Of a stretch of 64,000 nucleotides of DNA, positions 55,686 to 64,000 are shown piece after piece (the first letter of the stretch is position 1; every line of letters begins with the position of its first letter). The translations under genes were made by a program, and so were the position numbers. Under the pieces are notes generated by a model, which made no database searches, was not told where the DNA came from, and was given only the letters and a program-made list of their open reading frames with translations. The DNA comes from Cyanidioschyzon merolae. Taxonomy: Eukaryota. The DNA is taken from NCBI GenBank assembly GCA_000091205.1, contig AP006497.2. One strand, 5' to 3'.

Positions 55686-57719
55686 ATGCTTACACGTGCA
55701 GAAAACAGGGGTTTTGTGCGTTTATTGTTCATCTCACGTCTGGGTCTACTGCGCACGCCGTCGACCTTTGGACGCTGGGCAACAGCGTGCGCCCCCCAGC
55801 GGCGTGTACGTGTCGAACAAACAGCGAGGCCGCTTGCTCATTGCTGCGGCGTCCGAGGGCTGCGGTCGTGCTCAGCGGCATCGACACCGCGTACCAGTCA
55901 ACAAGCGAACGCAAGTCAGAAAGCACCTGTCGCTGCTGGTGACGCAACGGGGACCTCTCGACTCGACGCACTGCCGACGAACGAGACGAATCCAAGGCTG
56001 TTGCGCATTCGCCATACCTGTGCTCACGTTATGGCTATGGCCGTACAGAGAATATTCCCCGAAGCCAAAGTGACTATTGGGCCTTGGATAGATAACGGCT
56101 TTTACTATGACTTCGATATCAGTCACCCATTCTCACCGCAAGACCTCGAGCGCATCAAACAGGTCATGGATGAGATTATTCTAGCGGATTTGCCGCTAAA
56201 ATGCGTGGCGCTCTCACGCGAAGAGGCGCGCGCCCGCGTCGAAGCACTCGGTGAGCCGTATAAGCTGGAGATATTGGATTCGATCACCGAGGAACCAATC
56301 ACGATCTATTCCGTTGGAGACGACTGGTGGGACCTCTGTGCCGGGCCACACGTTGCCAGGACCGGCGAGATCAACCCGGAAGCGGTGCAGCTGGAGGGTG
56401 TTGCTGGCGCCTACTGGCGCGGCGACGAGTCGAAACCGATGCTCCAACGCATCTACGGAACCGCTTGGGAGACGCCTGAACAGCTTCAAGAGTATCTACG
56501 TCGCCGTGAGGAGGCCAAACGCCGAGATCATCGCGTGCTCGGAGAGCGGCTTGGTTTATTCTCCATTCAGCAAGATTTGGCTGGACCAGGGCTTGTTTTC
56601 TGGCACCCGAAAGGAGCCTTTATTAGGAATATGATCGAGACTTTCTGGAAGGATGCGCATCTTGCGGACGGCTATCAATTGCTGTACACTCCGCATCTTT
56701 CCGACCGCGAATTGTTCCGCGTTTCCGGTCATGTGGACTTTTACGCGGAGAGCATGTTCAAACCGATTGAGTGCGAATCTCGAGAGATTATAGCCAAGCC
56801 AATGAACTGTCCACATCATGTTCTGGTGTACAAGAGCAAATTACGCTCGTATCGAGAGCTTCCGGTGCGCTTCGCCGAGTTGGGTACTGTCTACAGGTAC
56901 GAGCGATCGGGCACGTTGCACGGTCTCATGCGCGTTCGTGGGTTCACTCAAGATGACGCGCATATTTTCTGCACGTTTGATCAGCTGCGATCCGAAATCA
57001 AGCGAGTCCTAGACCTCACTGAAACAATACTATCGCGTTTTGGATTCCGTGACTATCAGGTGCATTTATCGACCCGACCCAAAGTTTCCATTGGTAGTGA
57101 AGAGGCCTGGTCGCGTTCCGAGCAGGCGCTGCGCCTTGCGCTCGAGGACAAGGGATGGTCTTTCACCGTTGATGAAGGTGAAGGGGCCTTCTACGGAGCG
57201 AAGATCGATTTGAAAGTTCGTGACGCACTCGGTCGTTTATGGCAGTGCTCTACCATCCAGTGCGACTTCAATTTACCCGAACGATTCAATTTAGAATACG
57301 TAGCGAGTGATGGTTCACGCGAGCGACCTGTCATGGTGCATCGCGCGATATTCGGCTCGCTGGAACGCTTTTTTGGGATTCTGATCGAGAATAGCGCCGG
57401 GGACTTTCCGTTGTGGCTCGCGCCAATACAGCTCCGGCTGCTACCTGTCTCTGACAAATTCTTACCGTTCTGCGAGCAGGTGGTCGACAAGGCCCGTCGA
57501 CGTCGTCTCAGAGCGGAGATCGATCTGTCAGCGAATCGCCTCGGCAAAAAAGTTCTCAACGCAGAAGAGGAGCACATTCCCTACATGGCCATTGTCGGTA
57601 AGCGCGAGGTTGAATCGGATGCACTGTCGATGCGTTCTAGACACAAAGGCGATCTGGGATCTGTACCAGTAGACGAAATCCTCGCCCGTCTGGAATGTGA
57701 AGCGTCTATGCAGCTCTGA
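55686..57719 (+). CDS. thrS: threonyl-tRNA synthetase, bacterial/organellar type, lacking the N-terminal TGS domain, with presequence
   Basis: Aligns collinearly with bacterial ThrRS from the N2 editing domain onwards: RLLRIRHTCAHVMAMAVQRIFPEAKVTIGPWIDNGFYYDFD, AYWRGDESKPMLQRIYGTAWE, RDHRVLG, zinc site MNCPHH, motif LHGLMRVRGFTQDDAHIFCT, FYGAKIDL, MVHRAIFGSLERFFGIL, plus the anticodon-binding domain. The track ORF starts with an ATG at 55473 inside the 26-bp tandem repeat. I prefer ATG 55686 (MLTRAENRGFVRLLFISRLGLLRTPSTFGRW, presequence-like). Confidence 0.8.
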   Translation: MLTRAENRGFVRLLFISRLGLLRTPSTFGRWATACAPQRRVRVEQTARPLAHCCGVRGLRSCSAASTPRTSQQANASQKAPVAAGDATGTSRLDALPTNETNPRLLRIRHTCAHVMAMAVQRIFPEAKVTIGPWIDNGFYYDFDISHPFSPQDLERIKQVMDEIILADLPLKCVALSREEARARVEALGEPYKLEILDSITEEPITIYSVGDDWWDLCAGPHVARTGEINPEAVQLEGVAGAYWRGDESKPMLQRIYGTAWETPEQLQEYLRRREEAKRRDHRVLGERLGLFSIQQDLAGPGLVFWHPKGAFIRNMIETFWKDAHLADGYQLLYTPHLSDRELFRVSGHVDFYAESMFKPIECESREIIAKPMNCPHHVLVYKSKLRSYRELPVRFAELGTVYRYERSGTLHGLMRVRGFTQDDAHIFCTFDQLRSEIKRVLDLTETILSRFGFRDYQVHLSTRPKVSIGSEEAWSRSEQALRLALEDKGWSFTVDEGEGAFYGAKIDLKVRDALGRLWQCSTIQCDFNLPERFNLEYVASDGSRERPVMVHRAIFGSLERFFGILIENSAGDFPLWLAPIQLRLLPVSDKFLPFCEQVVDKARRRRLRAEIDLSANRLGKKVLNAEEEHIPYMAIVGKREVESDALSMRSRHKGDLGSVPVDEILARLECEASMQL

Positions 57720-57746
57720 GCACGCGGCACTGCGAGCTCATGACGG

Positions 57747-59600
57747 CTAACCACCGAAACCGCGACGACTCGCGGGCGTGCCTGCCCGCTGACTTGCCGC
57801 ATGCGCGCCGCCGCCGCCGCCGCTGCTGCTACTGCGTCGTCGCCGCATCCGATCAGCGTACGGCGTGAAGCAGCGAAAAATCTCCCGCACCCGGGGTTCC
57901 AGCGTCGCATTAGCAGTACCCGATCCACCGTAACTGGGCACCCTCTGACCAATCAGGGCTTTCATAGACGCTAAAGTCTGTGCAAGCACCGCGTCGTCGG
58001 CGAATCCGAGGGCATCAGGGTGCGGCAGCGCTGCGCGAACCCACAAGATGCCCGTCACCGTGGAGCGTCCCCGCACATAAACCACAATCGTGTGCTCAGG
58101 GCCTGGTAATCGACCGTTAGCGCTTTCACCAGAAGCGTCCACTCCCGAGCACACGTACTGATACATCTCGTCCGAGGCATGGAGATCCCCAAACCAGAGC
58201 AAAGTTGTACTCCCGAAAGAGAACTGATGCGCAGCCTGATCGCTGTAGACTTGCCGAGCGCCACGCATATTGCGCGCCGCCATGCGTGCCGTACGGCATG
58301 CGTGTTCGAGGCCGCAGGCGCGTCGACGCCCAGCGACGGGATCCGGGAAGCACAGCGCATCGCCAGCGACGTACACGTCCGAGGCAGCTGCCAGCTCTCG
58401 ATTGCAAACGATGCCACCAAGGATTGCATCGATTTCCAGGTGTTGCACCTGTTTGAGCACTGCAACGCCGCCGGGTGGACGCGCTTTATTCAAGACGGTA
58501 AATCGATCGGTGCGAAACGAGACAGCAACGCTACGATCGTAGGTTCGGACGAAGAACAACTCTAGATCGCTCTGGGCGGCAGCTGTATCGGTGCGCTCCT
58601 GAATATAGCGCGGTTCTGCGTACGGGATAAGTTCGATGCCCAGATCGCGGAGGCTTTGTGCGACTTGTTTGGCAACTTCTTTGGGTAGGAATTCTCCGAG
58701 CGGCTCCGACTCGGGGAACAGAATGGTCACTGAATGGAGACCGCCGCTCCAAGTTCGGATTTCGGATGCGAGCACACAGGCATACCAGTCCAGTCCCAGC
58801 AGGGTGTAGTGCCTCGGTTCGGTGCATTCGCGCCAATCACAGCCCGCATGAAGTTGGCCGGCGGGTATAAAGTAGCGGCTCGCATTCGGACCCATGACGC
58901 AGCTGTCTGGGCAACTGTTTTCTTGGCCGGTTGCAAGCAGAAGTCGTCCGTAACGAATGGGATCGACGCCCTCGAGTGTAACGGTCTTCTGTTCAACGTC
59001 TAGGGCCTGTAATCGATGGCCTTCGTGGAATACCCGGTGGTGGTTTACCCATCGTTTACACTGTTCTTGCGTCCAGGATGGATCGTAGCTCTGGTCCGTG
59101 ACCACCAGAAGCGAGGCGTCTGCGTCACACCGAGCAAGTTCTGCCGCTGCCTCGTGGGCCGCTGGTCCACCGCCAATAATCACATAGTCGTAGGAAGAAC
59201 CAATAGATGCTGATGCTTTGTGCGAGAGAGACTTGACTTTCGAGTTTTCGGCCGCCTCGCAAGAGGTTTCGTTCGCTATTGCGCTGGAGACGGAAAACCA
59301 AGGTGCCTTGAGGGCGCACCAAACGCGAAACTGATTCCAAAAGTGAAATCGTCGTCTATAGTTGCAACGTTCGTGGGGCTCCTTATCCAAACGATCCGCT
59401 GCACTTGGGTGCCACAAGCCTGCACCCAGCTGGTTCGTCAGACTGTCGCTATCCCCTGCGAAAGCGAAGAGTCCGAGCCCCGCAGTCAGGCCACTCGCCA
59501 GGCAAGTCTTGAGCAACCCACGACGTGCTGAACAAGTTCGCAGACCAGAACAGGAACGAGACAGCAGCTCGAAACAGTACAGTGCTCTTCCCCAGCTCAT
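57747..59600 (-). CDS. FAD-dependent pyridine-nucleotide-disulfide oxidoreductase, AIF-like, with N-terminal TM anchor and Gly/Ser/Arg-rich C-terminal tail
   Basis: FAD/NAD Rossmann motif YDYVIIGGGPAAHEAAAELA, followed by LLLATGQ and a second nucleotide-binding region. N-terminal hydrophobic segment LLKTCLASGLTAGLGLFAFAG. The track ORF starts with GTG; first ATG is at 59600. The stop is only 27 bp from the convergent ThrRS stop. Confidence 0.6.
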   Translation of the reverse strand: MSWGRALYCFELLSRSCSGLRTCSARRGLLKTCLASGLTAGLGLFAFAGDSDSLTNQLGAGLWHPSAADRLDKEPHERCNYRRRFHFWNQFRVWCALKAPWFSVSSAIANETSCEAAENSKVKSLSHKASASIGSSYDYVIIGGGPAAHEAAAELARCDADASLLVVTDQSYDPSWTQEQCKRWVNHHRVFHEGHRLQALDVEQKTVTLEGVDPIRYGRLLLATGQENSCPDSCVMGPNASRYFIPAGQLHAGCDWRECTEPRHYTLLGLDWYACVLASEIRTWSGGLHSVTILFPESEPLGEFLPKEVAKQVAQSLRDLGIELIPYAEPRYIQERTDTAAAQSDLELFFVRTYDRSVAVSFRTDRFTVLNKARPPGGVAVLKQVQHLEIDAILGGIVCNRELAAASDVYVAGDALCFPDPVAGRRRACGLEHACRTARMAARNMRGARQVYSDQAAHQFSFGSTTLLWFGDLHASDEMYQYVCSGVDASGESANGRLPGPEHTIVVYVRGRSTVTGILWVRAALPHPDALGFADDAVLAQTLASMKALIGQRVPSYGGSGTANATLEPRVREIFRCFTPYADRMRRRRSSSSGGGGGAHAASQRAGTPASRRGFGG

Positions 59601-61160
59601 GAACCAGCTGCTCAGTGCGCTGAACCCGCCGTTCCAACTGTATAGTGAGAGCACGTTTGCGAAAGACCATTACCTGAAGTATGCGCATTGCGATCTAGCG
59701 GAAACGCATTCCCTGGCTACGAGGCGACTGCGACTGCAACAGACGCCTTTTGTTGCTGGAAGGCCCAAAGCGAAGTGCTCCTGGTGCGTTTTCGGCACTT
59801 TGCAAGTCGCATGTGCGCAATGCACAAACCCGTAAAGCGGAGATTGGGGCAACACCGTTGATTCTTCAGCGGATAAGCATGGTCCATTTTTTAGCTGCAG
59901 GATAGATGTGGCTTCCAGGGATACCGCAGTAAGGGCTTGTTATCATCATCGGTGGAAGTAAACACGATTCCATGTCAGATTCCCTAAATTGCACCAACCA
60001 GAACCCAGAATTCTGCTCGGGCGTGGTTGTAAGACGGGCGTCCATTTGCTGCGTTTTCGTGATACATCGCTGAGCAATCTAGTCAAATCTCCCGGGAAGC
60101 GCGAACGCCACCAATAACAATGAAGCAACTTCTTCTCCGCATGAGATTGTATCAGGCTGAACCAGTCCCCGAATCGCTCGCCTTGCAGAGGCCAATGCTC
60201 CATCCATGCATCGCTGGCACGGGGCAGCGTCTCAGAAGCACCATGCGGCAGCTCTCGCGGGACCGAACCATTGCAAAATCGGTGCTTCCAGAACGATACG
60301 ATCACAGGCTCAGGACTAAACAAGCCCGTTCAGTGATTGGCTGCGCAATTCGCTCGCGAAACCGCGACAAGGCGCATTCTGCATCGGTGAGGTCGGCGCG
60401 GTCCAGAGATGAACGCGTGTCGCTCCCAAGCGCCCGGCTACATCACCTCAAGCAACCCAGGCACTGAGGCGCGATCACGCCCGCCCCAAATGTGACACAC
60501 GTGCGTCTGCCGCTACACGTCGTCACATTCCTCATCCGCACACGTGCCTCGTTCCGTGCCGATGCTCGAACGCATGCACCCGTCTCAGCTGTCACGCAGG
60601 CGCGAACGCGTGCGACCTGGTGATTCCCTGTTGGCTTCGAGCAGCGCACGCACCGGCGCTCCAGGCGTCCTTGCAGACTCTTAACCCTAGGGGCCATAAG
60701 AACCAACCATTACCCCCAGAGGAAAGTGTAGATGGTGCCGATCCTGCTGGTGATGGTCATTGCGGTTATTGCGTGGAGAGCCGAAGCCCAATTGCGACAA
60801 ATTGGCCTTCGGGTCTACCGCGTGCCGATCGCAATCGCGCGCACTCAGGAATCCTCGCCTGGATGCGGCGTTCCCGCACCCCTATAAGGAAAATACAGTC
60901 TAGCGCCTGCGCCTGACGTGCCCGGCCTGTCGACGCGCGAAATCTCCGGTGTCTCTGAGAGCCGCACACGCCCGAGCGATCGGTGCAGGCGACACGCGCG
61001 CACCAGTCGCAGCAACGTGATGGCGTCGATCGCTGCGTCCCGCCACGGCACGGCATCGCTTGACGTGGACCGTGATCTGTCTGATGGTGTGTACTGGACT
61101 GCGTGAATAGAATTTCTGTAGCTTTGTGTGTTGCCCCAGTCGCTTCAGGCACCTGAAACC

Positions 61161-62198
61161 ATGAACGTACCACAAAAGTTCCATATAGAGGATGCGACGA
61201 TACAGGGTGTGCGAATGGCGCTTTCTCACCCGCGCGAGTGGGTGCCTGGTCTCGTCCACGCGCTGCGCACAGCGCAGAGCCCGGTGGGCGCTGCACCGCT
61301 AGCTGCAGCGCTCTGGTTCTCTATGCTGTGTGCGCTATGGGCGTATGTACGCTCAAACATAACCGGCAGTACGTCGCAAGTAGACATGATGTGGTCACTG
61401 CTGCCGCCTGCATACGTTACCTGGTTTGCTGCACTTGCTTTCTACACTTCGGGGGCGTCTCCGCGACTCGCGGTGATGACGGCGCTCGCGCTGGCGTGGT
61501 CGATTCGAATGACGTACAACTTCGCACGCAAGGGTGGATACTCTGGCGTGGAAGACTACCGCTGGCCGGTGTTGAGGCGGAGGATCTCGAACCCGATCCT
61601 CTGGCAGCTCTTCAATATCGGCTTTGTGAGTATTTACCAGAACTTGCTGCTTCTGAGTCTGGCTCTGCCCGCGTGGGCGGTCTTCCTTCGGAGTCAAAGC
61701 GCCTGGACTGCAGTGGACACTGCAGCTTTATCCATGTTTCTCATGTTTCTGCTTCTCGAGACCGTGGCAGATGAGCAGCAATGGCGTTTTCAGTGTCGAA
61801 AGCACGCCTTGACGCTAGTTCAACGTGCGCAGCACCCGAACCCAGATATCCGCCGAGGTTTCCTCACAAGTGGCCTCTTTCGTTTCTCACGGCATCCGAA
61901 TTTCTTTGCCGAGCAAGGTATGTGGTGGGCGTTTTATCTCTTTGCTGTAGGTGCCGTACTAGGCGAACAGAAGAACCCCGCATGGTGGCGAGTGATCTTC
62001 CAGGGGAGCGCGGTGCCTTTCTTCCACTGGAGTATCATCGGGCCTGTGCAGTTGACGCTTCTCTTCCAGGGAAGCACCTGGTTAACTGAACAGCTCAGTT
62101 TGGAGAAATATGGGGATCTGTACCGCGCCTATCAGCGGCGGACAAGCCGCCTGATACCCATGTGGGCGCCCGCGCTTCTCAAGGAGCATCGAGCGTAA
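61161..62198 (+). CDS. DUF1295-family polytopic membrane protein (steroid-5-alpha-reductase / ICMT-like fold)
   Basis: Multiple TM helices. C-terminal GLFRFSRHPNFFAEQGMWWAFYLF matches the RHPNY(F)..E...W signature of the DUF1295 / 3-oxo-5-alpha-steroid 4-dehydrogenase / ICMT superfamily. The track ORF starts with GTG at 61128; first ATG is at 61161. Confidence 0.6.
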   Translation: MNVPQKFHIEDATIQGVRMALSHPREWVPGLVHALRTAQSPVGAAPLAAALWFSMLCALWAYVRSNITGSTSQVDMMWSLLPPAYVTWFAALAFYTSGASPRLAVMTALALAWSIRMTYNFARKGGYSGVEDYRWPVLRRRISNPILWQLFNIGFVSIYQNLLLLSLALPAWAVFLRSQSAWTAVDTAALSMFLMFLLLETVADEQQWRFQCRKHALTLVQRAQHPNPDIRRGFLTSGLFRFSRHPNFFAEQGMWWAFYLFAVGAVLGEQKNPAWWRVIFQGSAVPFFHWSIIGPVQLTLLFQGSTWLTEQLSLEKYGDLYRAYQRRTSRLIPMWAPALLKEHRA

Positions 62199-64000
62199 GA
62201 GCTGGAACAGGACAGTTTTCTGGTACGCTGATGTTATTCTGCTTACCCAGACGAGACGAGGCTGAAAAATTTCCAGTTGCAGACGGCACTTAGATTTCAA
62301 GTGTCTGGCGCATGTCGTTTCCTTGGTTGCGATCATGCCGCGTGAATATGATGTGACCAGACGGCTTCTGATTTGAAGAGCGATCGCCGCCCCTGCCGGT
62401 CGAGCAGGAATCATTGTGTCGGACTATCCGCGGGACTGCGAGCTCCTCATATCGTTCTCGGCATGCGCAAACCGACCCACACGGGTCATTGTTTCCAAGT
62501 TCCGTTCCCCATCCGCTTGCATAGTGCAAGCAGTTTCAAAGCTTGGTACCGGCGGTCTCCATTGAGGTGCGTCACTACTTCTTGTAAAACATGCGCAAGC
62601 CCAAGAACATCTAGCGCAAACGTCTACAGAGGCCTGCAGCGCCGTTCTTCTCATGCGCTGCGACCTGGGCAGTGCCTCTCGTGTCGTAGCAAGCGGTCGC
62701 TACGCGGCTCAGCGCCAGCAGGGTTGCAAAATCGATCATACGTCGATGTCAGTTGGGGAAAGGGAGCTGGAGCGCATTGAGCGGAGACAAACATTAATAG
62801 GACCGCGGCTTCCTCTATGGTTACCAGCAGGAATCGCACATCCGAGGTATTCAAGAACCGGGAAGAAAAGTAAATGAATGCGAGGCCGCAGTTCCATGCG
62901 TGTGCAGAGTGCCTACCCGGCCCCTTGAACGCAAGCTGAGGCGGTCGAGCAGCGGCACTACTCGCAAACACGCCTCGAATGGGAAGCTGACACACTCGAG
63001 TCCTTGAGCACAAGTCTCTGACCCGACGCAGTAGCAGTTACTCAAACGTTTGTGGCCAGTCAATGCCCTGCAACGCAACGGATCCGCACACTTTACGAAT
63101 TTGCCCATGGCAACGGGTCAAGCGGCACCATGTTCCTTTTGGCGGAGACTACCCGGGTACGACCACAACTGGCAAACATCTGAGCGCTCCGCCGGGATGC
63201 TTCCGCCTGCCACACAGTTCGTCGCGGCGTCAGCGGAAGACCTCGTGTCGAGTCCGTAAAACGCATTGGACCTTCTCGTAACTCGAACGTGGCGTAGCCA
63301 TGCGCGATGAAGGCATTCAGTGTGAAGCTGGATGGCATCTCAGGGCTCTCGCTCGTCTACCCATACTGTAAGCGATGTTGACCGAGTTTGCTCCTGGTCC
63401 CTAGGCAGGGCGAGCCATGTAGCTCGGCCCCCGCCTGAGTCGTTCGAACGAGCCGGGCGAGCGCACTGCTGCCGAGACTCGTACCCAGAAGACCTCTTCG
63501 TTATGAATGCATTGGATACCACAAAATACGAGTTTATCGCCGAATCGGGCGCGAGGCAATCAGAGCAGGCTTCCAGATGACGCGGGAGGCTCAAACGAGA
63601 CCCAGAAGGTCGCAGATAACCCAACACCGAGTAAAAGTCGATTCCAGGAACAATTAAAATCTTTGCAAGCGGGTAGGCGCGCCTCTCGAAGCCGTATGCA
63701 CCATCCAGTCGCTGCAGCTGGAGCGACCGGGCGCACGCCTCACCTGGTAATAGTCGTCTCCTCGGGAACGACTCCAGCGTGTGGATCGGCTTCTCGAAGG
63801 TGTCCCTGGTCAGCTTTGTCGGAACGCCCGGGCCCCGCTAAATGGCAGCATACTGCGTACGCACTGCTGCAAGTATTGCGTGCGGATCGCAGTCTGGACT
63901 CAGGTGCGCCTCACAAAATATCTCGTATTCGTCGCTTTTGCTCCTCTGTGAGGGTTACAGGGAACAGAACCTTGAATTTCAGGATCATGTCACCCTTCTC

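Noticed and set aside
1-64000. Prokaryotic origin of the window (FtsZ, HisF, ThrRS, LeuD together look bacterial)
   Set aside because: Unambiguously eukaryotic genes are interleaved (NDUFS4, PEX12, SPCS3, ERCC6-like SNF2, Rpb7-family, FCP1-type phosphatase). There is a spliceosomal intron, and the bacterial-type genes carry N-terminal targeting-like extensions. Consistent with nuclear genes of endosymbiotic origin.

Overview
This 64-kb window appears to be GC-rich, gene-dense, intron-poor nuclear DNA from a unicellular eukaryote, not a prokaryote. About 25 protein-coding genes lie on both strands with short intergenic spacers. Eukaryote-only markers are present: NDUFS4 (complex I), PEX12 (peroxisome), SPCS3 (ER signal peptidase), an ERCC6-like SNF2 ATPase, an Rpb7-family RNA polymerase subunit and a Dullard/NEM1-like CTD phosphatase. 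There are also several bacterial-type, presumably organelle-targeted proteins with N-terminal presequences: FtsZ, ThrRS lacking the TGS domain, an unfused HisF, and an archaeal-type short LeuD. An AIF-like flavoprotein with an N-terminal TM anchor (start taken at first ATG) is also present and may be mitochondrial. FtsZ rules out fungi and animals; an alga or other protist is likely, but the taxon cannot be determined from sequence alone. The ORF track prints 'M' for TTG/GTG/CTG first codons (checked at several ORFs), so CDS starts below are re-anchored to the first plausible in-frame ATG and remain uncertain. I could demonstrate one spliceosomal intron, in the LeuD gene, with yeast-like GTAAGT...TACTAAC...AG signals. 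Non-genic highlights: (i) a frameshifted TnpB/Fanzor-like RuvC nuclease remnant with an intact RDFNAAINI motif, inside an AT-richer island; (ii) two high-identity dispersed repeat families (A ~0.64 kb, B ~2.2 kb), each present twice, arranged A-cargo-B ... A-cargo-B with ~14-kb periodicity and different gene cargo; (iii) a protein kinase fused to DUF547; (iv) minisatellites (98-bp x3; 26-bp x3.5 in the HisF/ThrRS divergent promoter) and CAG/GT/GA microsatellites. No rRNA, tRNA or CRISPR could be supported by eye.
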